A DNA stretch of 64,000 bases, from the NCBI GenBank assembly GCA_052426225.1, contig JBNJNM010000011.1:2542001-2606000 (forward strand), written 5' to 3'. Positions 12,570-25,400 of this stretch are shown here, one piece after another. Each line of letters opens with the position of its first letter. The stretch's first letter is position 1. The position numbers were made by a program, and so were the translations under genes. This stretch comes from Zancudomyces culisetae HAW-14-8 (lineage: Eukaryota > Fungi > Kickxellomycota). The notes beneath the pieces were generated by a model. That model searched no databases. It was not told where the DNA came from and was given only the letters and a program-made list of their open reading frames with translations.

Positions 12570-12640
12570 AAAATTCAAAGTTCAAAATTCAAAATCCAAT
12601 GTCCAAAATCCAATGCCCAATATCCAACATCCAATATCCA
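12570..12640. repeat. Degenerate 7-mer tandem repeat (AAAATTC grading into AATATCC)
   Basis: aaaattc aaagttc aaaattc aaaatcc aatgtcc aaaatcc aatgccc aatatcc aacatcc aatatcc. Confidence 0.8.
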
Positions 12641-12879
12641 TTATACAAAACTCAAAGCGAAAATTTTTTTATATATATTATAACTCTCCGGACCAGTGGA
12701 TACATTCAATACTGTACTGTATATCACAACAATAAATAATAAACATTATAATATATATATATATATTTATACGAATATATATATTTTTGTATTTTTGTTT
12801 GCTTTTAATTATTTTTCTTGACATAAGACAATAGAGGGTATTATGGTAAGTTGGTGAATTAACAACTCTAAACAAAGAC

Positions 12880-14387
12880 ATGGTAAACTACTATAAATAG
12901 TAATAATAATAATAAAAAAGAAAAAGAAAAAAAAGTAGATGAAATATGGTAAAGGTATCGATTATGATGGTGAAAGCAATGTAGTGTTATGAATTTGGCA
13001 CTCTAGCCTAAGAACACTAAAGCTAAAAATTTACAGCAGTAATCATACCAAACAGAAATACGAGATAGGTTCAACAGTTGTAGTATTACATCAAATAGGA
13101 AAGTTCGAGTAGCAGCGAAAAACTTGGTCTACTGGCAAAACTTGCACATGGTAGTGAGAATACAATTATCACTGAAAAGCAGATACTAAGTGCCCCACCC
13201 ATGTACACAGGTAGAAAGACGGCCTCACTTGTATTAAATAATGGTATGTACAGGAACAAGAGAAGAAACATTGTAAACCACTATCGGAGGAGTGCAAGCC
13301 CACTCCCCAAGCTTTTCTCTGATAGTTATACAAACGGCGTTAAGGAAAAAATAAACGATTGCATTCAAGCAAGGACTACGCATATTCCTCAGCGATTTAC
13401 TGACGTGATAGTACCGCAATACAACGGGTATTTTGATTTAAATAAACCTACACCTACACCTACACCTACCTCGAAAGCTACCAGCCTAAGAAAAGACAAC
13501 AGTCTTGCAGGCATTCTGGAAAATTTTGAAACCAATGATGGTAGGTGCACTTATCTTACCTTAAATATTATATACTACCTTACCTTTTCTATTTCAAATA
13601 TTGTTTCAACTTCGGGTCTCTCACCACCAGTGATTTCCTCGCCCATATTAACTAGTTCACAATAACCGATATTTCGGGTGTATTTATTATATATTAATAC
13701 GTGTACACTATCTATAAAATAGAGGGGAAAAAATCATGTAATAGGCAAAGCGTAGATTTTCTGCTAAACGAGTTTGATGTAGAACCGCTCCCAAAACTAC
13801 CAAAACTGTCAAAATTTACTGACCACAATATAATCGGAAACGCGGCGTTTTTAGAATCTAGATCAAATGGCAATATATGCGCTATGTTTCAAGAGCCTTC
13901 TAGTGAAAATAGTAATGGTGCTGATCTAGAGATAGAGCCATGTAGGTGGAAAGGCTGCAAAGAATACTTTTCCAACCCAACTATGCTAATGGAACATATC
14001 AGCAACCATCACATAGGGAGGGGAAAAACTATATATATCTGTAATTGGACTGACTGTGGGCGATTACAACGCCCCTTCACAAAACGCCACAAGCTTCTCA
14101 ATCACCTTCGTACACATACTGGCGAACGACCTTATTTATGTAAATTTCCTGACTGCGGAAAACGATTTTCCCGCCCTGACTCGTTACAAACGCACGTAAA
14201 AACGCATTCAGGATTAAAACCATTTGTATGCGGACACAATAACTGCGGAAAAGCTTATTTTCATGCTCGATCCTTGAGAAAACACGAACTATCCCATCTG
14301 AGTGAAAAAAATACAATTGAAAATAATGAACATCGTAATATCTCCCATGACGATGACACGGGTAACTTTGATAGTTCTGTATTTTAG
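12880..14387 (+). CDS. Gli/Zic/Glis-type C2H2 zinc-finger transcription factor (4 fingers), probable exons 12880-12882, 13099-13540, 13723-14387
   Basis: Tandem CWCH2 fingers (CRWKGC...HISNHH; CNWTDC...HLRTH), HTGERPY and HSGLKPF linkers, then two more fingers. Intron 13541-13722 (GTAGGT..TAG) joins the ORFs at 13201 and 13701 in frame. The ATG-only first exon is tentative. Confidence 0.85.
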
Positions 14388-14497
14388 AATAAAGGTACTT
14401 CAGCAGACCACCACCTTGATTCGCTTTTGTTAACAAAAACACGTCGTATCACTCAACCTCTCTCTCTCTTCTTCCCTCTCGTTCTCCAAAAAACATG

Positions 14498-14601
14498 CAT
14501 AAACATAAACATAAACATAAACATAAACACAAACACAAACATAAACATAAACATAAACATAAACATAAACGTACACACATACACGTACACGTACACACAC
14601 A
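14498..14601. repeat. (CATAAA)n hexamer microsatellite followed by (GTACAC)-like units
   Basis: About 12 CATAAA/CACAAA units downstream of the zinc-finger gene; generates the spurious KH/IN/VY-repeat ORFs. Confidence 0.9.
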
Positions 14602-16519
14602 TTTTTCTTCACTTGCTATTCAGTCTCTTTTTTCCCTTGTCACTGTTTTTTTGCAGGGTATGCACACAGCATCCTTCAGAATTTGGACTTGGAAAACACA
14701 CAAGGGACTGTAAATTAAGCATTATGATAATTATGTATCGATATCTATCTGCAAAGAAGTATAAAATATTAATTTAACAATTAAACATATATGTTTGCTT
14801 TAATATATAACTCTTTTCATTTAGAACTTTTTGTTTACAGTTTTGTAAAACATTAAGCGGAATCTATTAGACTATAAAGTTTTACAGCTTATAGTTGCAT
14901 TTATATAAACAAACCGCACTATAAAGTGATTGAATACATGCTGGCACTGTAAGATTGACACTATTGTAATATGCATCCTCATACAAAATAAATGACAAGT
15001 GTTGGCGTTGAAGTTTGGATAAGTTCTATACAACCCAAAGGTATTCAGTTATGATAAAAAAATATTTGGATCTAAGGTTATGAGTACACTTTTTGGTACA
15101 CTTTTAACTTTGTATCTGTATCCTGCCGTTCCTATATAAATACTCGATCACAATTTTATGACTATTTAACTATGCTAAAACAAAATATCGAACACTATGT
15201 TTTCTACTATCTGTGTTAACAACAAACCTAGTAACATATATGTCTTGTCAACCACTAATACTTTGATAATACTCATATTTTTCGTGAATTTTTTTTCCCC
15301 TAACTGTTTCCTCAAACTGTTTTTTACCAGGACAGATGTGTACAATGTTCTATAAAAAATATAAAAACTGGGATGCGTTAATGTTAGCAAACATGGTAAT
15401 AACATCGATAATAAGAGTAGTAATAATGCTAGTAATAGCAAAGTGCAGTCCAACCCCACCCACTGACTGTTTGATCTTAAAATACAAAACCAAAAAGAGG
15501 AAACACAATATTGTTCATGTGATGAAAAAATAATGTGAATTCAGCATGAAACGCAAGCTCCGCTAGTTGGTCATACCACCTAGTATATAGATTAGTCAAC
15601 TTTTACAATAGTGCACAACTTTTCACTCTATATAAAGCATTTTTGTAAAATTGCATTGATTAGCGACTGTACACACTCGTTCTAATTGTTTTTTTTTTGC
15701 CTCTCACTGGTCTTTATTACCATTGTCACTTAATTCGGGGAAATCGCAATTAGCTCGGTGATAGACAAAGTAGAATTTATAAATCTGCTATTCAAACAAG
15801 CCAACATCTCATGACGAAAAAAGCTATTTTCGTTTGGTTCATTGCAATCTCGTGCGCAATGTTATTCAAATTATTACAGGGCGTGAGCAAATCCACGAAT
15901 AAAATCGTGTGTAAATTTATTGCCCATACATATGTTTGTTTTCAAGTACCACATTATAAACGCAACTCACTTTTTGGCCAATAGGGTATCTAAATTTTTG
16001 GAATCCAACACACCTTTAGTTTTTACGAGAAACCAAAACATAATCACGTTTTCCTCAGCTAAGAGGCTGCAAAGCAAGAAATGCAGCCCGGAAATTGCAA
16101 ATTTGCAAAATATTACTTTGCTAAAGGGTCCATTACAATACTTCCCCCCCAAAAAATAAGGTTGGCTTGGCTTTGTTCTAATTGGAAGTTCTTAAAGCAT
16201 AAATTAGCTCAGTAACAAAGGTATAAGCGTAACTTGTACTCATTTTTTAGTTTTTTTTTGTATTACCAACAAAGATAGAACATATATTTATACCTTCTAT
16301 ATCTTTTATCAGAAGAATGCAACTTTTAATGAACTACCTACAGTATAAGCCGTAGCTTTATTTTTTAATTCTTGATCAAATTCTATAAAACAGTATATAA
16401 AACAGCTAATTTGGCTTATTTCTTCTTATAACAGCAAGACCAATAACGAGAATAAAAACAAACACGAAATATCATAGACAATTGTACTTTCAGACACACA
16501 ACTCTTGACTTGTATAAAT

Positions 16520-18117
16520 ATGGACATTCAAACACTGATTACATTTATCGGGGCATTCGATCCTGCAATAGGAGTTGTAGTTTCCTTAATTGGCTCGATT
16601 GGACATTCCGTAGGCTTTACTTTGCAAAAAAAGGCACATAATGACAGGGAAATTCGGTATGGATTTAGCGAACTCAATTCAGACCCGGAAATGCCCAACG
16701 TAAAGAAAAAGCCACCACCTGTGTTTCTTGACCCAACATGGTTGACGGGTTTTATAGTGTATATTTCCTGTTCTGGAATATGTCCAGCTGTTGCGCTTTT
16801 ATATCTACCTGTATTTGTAGCAGCACCGTTAAGTGCAGTCAATTTGGCTGCAAATACAATATGCGCAGGATTAATACTTGGGCGCAAAATCACCAGGAAT
16901 GATTATTTTAATACAGCTCTTGTAACAATAGGTGCAATCTGGATCGCCATTTTTGCAACCATCAAGGAGAGTTCACGGTCGCTCGATGATTTGCTTAAAC
17001 TCTATAAACGACCCATCTTTATTATATATTTTGTTCTCTATGAGGTAATGGTATTTGTTTTAATCATAATCGAACTGAGACTCAGGAATAACTACAAAAA
17101 GTTGAGAGAAAGAGTGGAGAGCGCGCTTGAGTTGGAAAACAAACTGCGAAAAAACAAATCCAGTGTTGACGTTGAAGATGTTTCCCTTAACATGGAGGAT
17201 ACTCTTTCGAAGTTGAGTATTCAGAATGTAGAGAATACTCCCCAACGGGATGGTTATAAGTCAGATAGTACAAATATTGCTGGAGGTAGTAGATCTGGTT
17301 CAAAAATCAGCATAATAGAAGACACACCACTACTGGGCGATAGTAAAAATGTCAGCGGAGCCGAACTTCACTGGTTTGGTAGCAAGACCAATGTTTTGAA
17401 AAGCGGTAAACTCAGCAAACTCATTCCTTTCTGCAAGAATCAAATGTACGATCAACCTGCGAGCAGTACAGCCCCTTTACTAGGGTCCGAACCCGAAGGT
17501 CAGGGTACCCGTACAAATTACGGTATTGGTCATCTTGATGAAGGACAGCCACAATCGCAGGTGTTGCTGGTTGAACTAAATAGTGTAGAAAACAAGGCTG
17601 GCCTTCTTTCGGGGCTTATTTCCGGATTTGTGTGTAGTCAGTCAATACTATTTACAAAAACGAGTATCGAACTAATATCCTTTTCATTAAAAGAGAAGAA
17701 TCAATTCACCACGCCGCTAGCTTGGCTTATCGTTTCAGCGCTTGTTGTCGCTGCCCTTGGAAATGTAAGTTTGTTCATTTTTTTTCTTACCCGTTGATTC
17801 GTTCATTTGTCTTAATTACGTTTTTAATAGGGTAAAATGGCTCCAAAGTGTTATATTACTAATGATAAATCATATACAAAAATACCTTTTAGCTTTATTA
17901 CTTTAACAGAGGATTGAGACTGAGCAGCACTATTGTACTAGTACCTTTGGCTTTTAGTAGCTATACCTTGTCCGCATTAATCAACAGCCTGATTTACTAT
18001 GACCAATTCAACAAATTTACAACTTCTCAGATAATAAATGTCCTAATTGGGCTATCTACGGTGTTCGTTGGTGTATTCTTATCCTCCAGATCTGAGCGTT
18101 CGCACCATGAAGTATAG
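16520..18117 (+). CDS. NIPA-family (DMT superfamily) Mg2+ transporter, exons 16520-17764 and 17893-18117, about 489 aa
   Basis: IGVVVSLIGSIGHSVGFTLQKKAH, W..GF, LPVFVAAPLSAVNLAANTICAGLILG, FTKTSIELI, NQFTTPLAW. Intron GTAAGT..TAG (17765-17892) gives the in-frame LYYFNRGLRLSSTIVLVP...LIYYDQF tail. Confidence 0.9.
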
Positions 18118-21100
18118 AGCATGTGTTTTAATCACAGTTATTTTAGAGTTGTGTTCATTAGCATATTATTGTAATTAGACTTTATATTGATGCACTTTTC
18201 AAATACTAAGCAAATAACGCATAACCGTAGAGCAATCGCGCTTTTTTTATTTAATGACTTGGACTTTTGTTTCTTGGAAATACTCAACTTTACTGGAACC
18301 TAATAGATAAGAAGCTAACCTTTGTATTTTTATTAACTTTTTTTAAAAAGAAGTGCAACATAATATGCGGTGATGTTTTAAAAGACTAAGAGTGTTATGA
18401 GCAGAGTATAAGGAATTCTGTTGGTTATGGGTTTTGGAGTACTATGCTATAGATAAAAAGATCAACCCGAATAGAAAAGGATATTGTATTATATATACAT
18501 ATATTTGGTACAATAATAAAAAGGCGCTTGGGCTTGTTTTATACTATGTTTGGAAGGGCTAATACATACTTTTCCTGTTTTAATATTTATGGTTCGTTTT
18601 TTTTTCCACAACACGTATTTCTATAGTAGATTTAGGGATTGGTTAACCTCGGCTGTTCGACTGTATTGCTTTTAGTGTATCTATAGGTTCAGGCTACTAA
18701 ACTTTTTGGTATTCACACGCTTTGATTGTGCGATAGTGGTCAAGCAAACACAGTATTATGAATAGATCAGTGATACGTCTAGTACCTGCTTTCTAGTTGC
18801 ATTTTCCATTATTTTCCACTATTTTTCATGAGCATAACGAATAACTTGAATGTCATTTTGATAAAGTATAGTGCACCCATACTCGGGTTTGAATTAGACT
18901 CATTCAAAATAAGATATGTTACAGACTGAACTGGTCATTTGTCTATCATAAGTGAGGAGACAAAAGTACTTGGCTAATCCCAAGAGAATGTTTATTCAAG
19001 TCGCTCCAGGGTTCGAATGACTTTGCAATAGTGTAATTGTTATTTACTATATAATTAATAGACCTAATTGCCAGACATAGTGTCATAAGATGGGGATGGG
19101 CAATGGAGTAGGTTGCATGCCCGAGATTCCATTACACCTAGATAAATATGGCAACACTAGGGGGTTAAAAATCACTTTATTATGAGATAAGTTGGCTAAC
19201 TTTTCAATTCATTTTTTTCTCTTATGAAAGAGGGGTGGGTTAGCCACTAGATTTGAATGTGGAAGTTGATATTAAAGCTAATCATAATTTAATTGATGCG
19301 AATTATAATGCTAATTCCCGAAGACCAGCAAAACACCACCTTATATCTATTGTAAAATAAAACCTATTACATTTGACCGCCAAATTGTGTAGGTGTATTT
19401 GGTGATGAGAGGAAGAAATAAGAAAACAAAAAGTGGTTTGGGAACCGCTCCATTTTGCTTCCAAAGTCGATTTTGAAAAATGGAAGCAATTCCTGTGTTA
19501 GTAGCACATCTACCATGAGGAGTGAACAGTAGGTCCCATAGTCATTCCCCTTTCTTTGCTCAAAGGCGGTAATTTGGTCCGGAATTCAAATGCCGAAACT
19601 GCTTTTTTTTCTTTTTTTTTTGGAAGGATTCTTGGGAAGGATTGGGTGAATATACGTATTTTTAAACTGATTAGCTATTATTTCAAGCGCAGGAGCCACT
19701 CAGTTCGCTTGGTTAACAAAAGAATGATGAGTAACACAAAATAAAATAACGAAATGTTAATGAAATATGAACACCAACTTAGTAAACTCAACACAACGTT
19801 GGGTAGACCCATTATATTTTAAAGGCGAAATTAAAGCTATTAATTGCTTTTAAATGGTATAAACACCTACAAAGAAGGACAAAAACATCTCAAAGAAATA
19901 CACTCGCATATTCTTTTCAAAAGTAAATGCAATTCAGTTATTACGACCCAGAAGCGCAGTCGAGTTGAGTAGAGGAGCGATATAAAATTGGAAACAGCGG
20001 CAAGTGGGCGGTAAATCCTGTGCTAAATGAGACTTGATAAATAAGTATAAATTGACATGGGCTACAAATATAAAAAATTCTTAAGGGGTAAGACGGTATA
20101 TAGCTGCAGGAATTGTGGCGCGCATTTAACGACAAAGGACTTTTTAATTTCAACGGTACGTACTATATATATATATATAAATCCTTTAAGAGACACAATG
20201 GGAATACGAATGCAAAAAGGCAACTAAAACTGTGGGAGGTGTGGGGCAGTTATTGTATAAAACCTTGAAATTATATTTAAAATTGTATTTTAAATTGAGC
20301 TCAAGGTTATGGTTTAACCAAGACACCTTTTAACACAAGCATTTTGCTAACAAACAGGAGTATCAAGGGAGATATGGGAGGGCTCATTTATTCAAAGCTG
20401 TGTAAGTATAGACAATTGTATTTAGGGTCATGGAATTACTTTGAATATATAAAACATATAATACTGAAACAGCATTAATTGCTTATCAGATACAATACCA
20501 CCTGTGCATTTTTCGCATAAAAATTCGGATAATTGGGCTAAGCAGAAAGAAATAAAGCATAAAAATTACAATTAAATAGGGTCAACTCCACAGAGGGAAA
20601 GAGACAAGAAAGAGCAATGACAACAGGGTTTCATATAGTGTGTGATGTTTCTTGTGAGCAGTGCAGCACATATATTGGCTGGAAATACGTAAGTTAAGTG
20701 GATACAGATCAGGGGGGGGGAGGCCCTTGACACTTTATAACAAAACTAAAACGATATAATTTGCTAACTTATAGATTTTTGCATACAAGACGGATCAAAA
20801 ATTCAAGGAGGGAAAGTATATTTTGGAAAAGCAGTTAATAAAAGGCACCCGAGCAGTATAAAGTACAGAACAAATGGAATTGTAATAGTGGTAAAAGAAA
20901 AGGAAAGGAATACACGATATTTATTCGTTTTTTTAGTGTAGTATAGTCACAGCATTTGTAAGTATTTCCCCAATCCGTAGCATTTGTTTTGATTATAGGT
21001 TTACTTGTTGTCCATAATCTCAACAAGGGGGGGGACGAGAGGGAGAGGGATTGAGATGGGGAAGATGGTTATCAAGTTAAAAGATGTTGAGATGGATGAT

Positions 21101-22446
21101 GAGACTAAAGATTCTTGACAAAACCCTTTTATTTTTATGGCATTAAGCTGGTTTATTGTGTTAACAACTGTCAAAAAATAAAATAAAAAACAAAGTAACA
21201 AAACTATTAAAATGAAAAAAGTAAAAATACATATACTCTTAGCTAGAGGTCTAATGAACAAGTGGATAAAAGACGATACAAACCTATTTTTTCAAAAGAA
21301 AAAAGTTATTGTCAGTGTCATTTAAGATATAATATACCAATTCACAAGTGTAAGGTACTCAAGCAAGGAAAAAAGTATAAACAAAAGAATAAGATTCAGA
21401 ACAATTAGGTTTTCTTTCAAATTATAATCAGTCAGGGATAACTGTAAATATAAAATTGGTCATCATTTAAAATCAAACTCGATCTTTTGCTTTATAATCC
21501 ATTTTACCTTGTTTGATAGAGAGTAAAAAAAAAGAAATAATCTTCATCTCCCGATACATAAAAAAATGTATAGTTTCCAACCTCGATATAATAAGAAGAC
21601 AAAGAAGTCTCAACAATAACGATGATGGGGAGTGTGAAGTAGATTGGGGGATTTAACCAAATAATAAGATAAAATGTTTGCAAGAAAATCCTTACCTTTT
21701 CTCTCGAGCAAAAAAAAAAGACAAACCAAGTAATAGTCGCAGATGAGGATAAGCTGACAAGCTGGCTGGCGCAACCGGCAGTGCAAGAACTATGAACAGG
21801 AATATGAGAAAAAGTATATACTCATCATCATAACTGAGTTTTTTTTATAATGGGAATTCAAGCTTTATATACTTTTTTTTTTACGCACTTTGGAAGAAAA
21901 AATTTTTCCTTTTTTTACTACAAATTAATTGCTGCTTTAAAGAGGGGGGAAGTAAAAATTTTTTTTTAGTACCCAGTAAACAGATGAAATTGGGATGGGC
22001 TTTTGAAAATGATAATCAACAAATCAAAGTAATCATTTTTTAGCACAGAAAAGTGAGGGATACAGGCAAATAAATGACAAATTTCAAAGAAGGGAGAGGA
22101 AAGAGGGAATAAGAAAAACTATAAGAAAGTGTGAACGTATTTGCTAGCAGCATCTAATGGGTGCTTGGTATGTATAACTCCAGTGAGTTTCACACAGAGT
22201 TTACATGTTTAAGCAAAAATTATGGGCTTGTTTGTTTGTTTGTTGTGTTTACATTACATTATATAATAATAATAGCGTTATTGACATTATCCTAAAACTT
22301 GGTAATTGCAACAAGTGAATAAAATTGAACGGAGTTGTATTATTACTGCAAACACTAGAGTGATGAATAAATAAAGCAAAAATATTTAAAATTGGTGAAA
22401 ATTCTTTGATTGATTGAAGGGGGAGGGAGGGAGGGAGGGATAATGT

Positions 22447-25400
22447 TCAGACATCAAAAATGACTACACATTCCTTCAGTGCTTTGCAGTCGGGGAATAC
22501 CAAAAGAAGTTCACTCAGTTGGATGTACAAAGCATCTATTCGTTTGTAAATATTGGAAATAACAAAAGACGGGTTGTTGGTGGAGAAACTAAGTTCAGCT
22601 ACAGGATTGGAAAAGTCAGATGAATGAAGCTGTTGGAGGTTGTGTGTGTTTGCTAGAGAGTGGGGATCGAATAAAGACAAGAGTAGCTCCAATTTGTAAT
22701 TCAATGATGTTCCACTAGTACTGTACAACACGTCTTTATCATAAGGTGTGTGGCTTTTTGGGTTAACAGGTACCGATATTTGATGCTGTACTTGTGAAAG
22801 CGATAAAGGTTCAGTAAAAACCACAAGTTTGTTGGTAGAAAAAGAGAGTAATTGGTCGTAAAGGTGGCCAAAACCAGGGAGGTTAGGAGTTCCGTGGGAG
22901 GTTTCAGATGGTTCAGGCGCAAACAAGGTATAGGAATAGTCCAGTAGTGGAGAGACAAAGTGTTTTACACAAGAAAGTATGTGGCTGCAGTAATACTCAA
23001 CAATCTCAATGTCATTTTCCATAGCGTTGGTCTTTTTAAACTTTACAGCGTTGATGATAAATAAATCAAGTAGCTTCGAGATTAGTGACAGCGCGTGTGT
23101 AGTCAACAATGGTGGCGACGATAGCGGTGAATATGTAGATGTAGATGTAGATGTAGACTTTCCGCCCTTGACTTGGTGTACTTCAAGAGTTTTAAAATGA
23201 CCCAGTAACAGGGCTGTAGCTCTGGACAGGATGGATAGTCCCAAGTCTAGGAGGATGCAGGGGTTGGTGTTGGAATTGAACTTGGAATCGTTGGAATTTG
23301 GCTTAAAGCTGCGAGTAGTTTTTCCATCGCTGTTTAGTCGAATAAATACGCTATTTAGCGAACTTTTGAATAGCTTAAGAATGTAATTGAGGTGGAGTGT
23401 TTTGTCAATGCTCTTAAGGTTTACAGGTATGGATTCTTTGTTGATATCGGTATGAGGATAGTTTTTTATAGCGAGTAGAGATGATTTAAGCATGTACAGG
23501 GATGTAGTGATGGAATTTAACAAGAATTCAAATTCATAAACGGGAATCTTAGCCAAAGATAAAATGTTGGGGGTTAAAGTTAAAGTACCAGGAATAGAGG
23601 TATAGCAGTTAGAACATGCAAACAGAACAGATAAATGGAGAGGACTGATTTTCTGGATGTGTGCTGATTGGCTTTGAGAGTAAGTTGGTTCAGAAGAGGT
23701 TTTCGTGACGAGAGACTCAATGTATTGTGGAAAGTAGCGTTTAGAGACAATGTCATAAATACCATCTACAAAGTTAGATCTGAAAGCATTCAAAACCAGT
23801 TCAGAGTGGTTTGGTTGTTTGAATTCATCATCAGTACTACTGGTATTTTCAGAAGAGTGAGAGTGCAAGAATGGGGAAATCGAGTTTAGTAAACTAATGG
23901 CTATCCCTTGGTTGTTGTTGAGGAACATCGAGTTTGAAACAAAAATATGTGATAGCAGCGAAAGAACTTGCTGTGGTTGGATCCCACTGGTAGTATCAGG
24001 TAGCTTGTATGGTTGGGAGCCAAGCCGGCCTGAATCAGTAATTGCCTGTTGACTTGAACGAGTGAGGATATACAGAGATGGTAAAGATAAGGATAAGGAT
24101 GTAGATGTGGATGTGGATGTGGATGTGGATGTGGTGAGGGATATCGGCAGGGAAGATGAGTAGGAGACAGAATAATTATTATTGGATGCAAAATTGCTAA
24201 AACTATTACCATTGGTTTTTGAATCCGTATATTCATCAGAGGTATGGAAAATACTATCGAAAATCGATAGCTGCGTTTTCCCATCGTTGCAAAGTTGTGG
24301 GAGAATAGGTGGTGTGGTAGAACAGGATAAGTTAAGGTTGTAGTTGAGCCCCAAATCATTCAATAATTGGCCAATTCCCACGTTTCCAAAAAGCAAAAAA
24401 TCAATGGCAGTATCGCGCTTGGTCGATGGGGCAAACTTGAAGCGAAGCAGATCCAATACAGTATAAAAAGAAGATGCCGACAGTCTTGAAATCTTGCTAG
24501 CAGTGAGAATGACGAGCAGCATTATCGTTAATCCAGTAGTGTTGTTAGACGAATCACTGGTCGAAAAGCTAATTTTGATCATGTTTTCGTATATTATAGA
24601 CAGATCTACAGCAGGGAACAAGAAATTCATGTTGTAAATACTGGACAAAAGTATCAAAGAGCGGGTAACATCCTTCTCAGTCAATAATTTATCGAAAACT
24701 GCTCTACAAAACGAAGACTTTTTCGATAACCTATTCAGTTCAACTGGTTCGTTGGTTTGTCTTTTACGGTTGGGATAGGCCAACAATGGATCAGGGGCTG
24801 TTAGTTTGTATACCGAGTTAAGCATTGATAGCAACCAGCACCTTATTCGCTTGGATTTCAAATCAGGACCGGCATTATTGTTCTTAAAACCCGCACTGCC
24901 ATCCGCGAGTACAGCTGAGTGAAACATTAGCATTGACGATAGCTTTTCCAAGATTTCACTATCGTAAAACTCAACCAGCTCAGTGTACTTGGCGCTATTT
25001 GCATTGCCAAGTTTTGATACCGGCTTGAAGAGAGTCAAGATCGTAAAAATGGACATTACTGTATTACTGCTGTGAGGATTGGCGGAATGAGTAAAAGTGG
25101 ATACCGTATTAGCTGATCCAGGTGCAGGTGTGCTTTTAAGTATTGGATTCTGGTCGCAGTTTATGTTGTAAACGCTCGAGAGTTTGTGTTTGTCAATACA
25201 GAGGGGGCTCTCAAAAGGACCCATTTCTCCCGAGTTGATCATATTCTCTGAAAATATCAGAGTTTCAAGTGCAAGGGTCTTGTACAAACCAAGTAACTTC
25301 TCATTAGCTGCGTTGTCCTCGAGATGAAGGCAATCGAGGATAAATTTGTCATACACAAGATTCAGCAGTGTTGATAAGGATGAAAATAGAACGGCGGAGA

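Noticed and set aside
8291-12879. Possible transposon remnant in the long intergenic region
   Set aside because: No transposase, reverse transcriptase or integrase motifs in the short ORFs, and no LTR or TIR pairs visible.
14427-14777. ORFs with KHKHKH, ININ and VYVY runs
   Set aside because: They are translations of the (CATAAA)n microsatellite, which has no stop codon in several frames.
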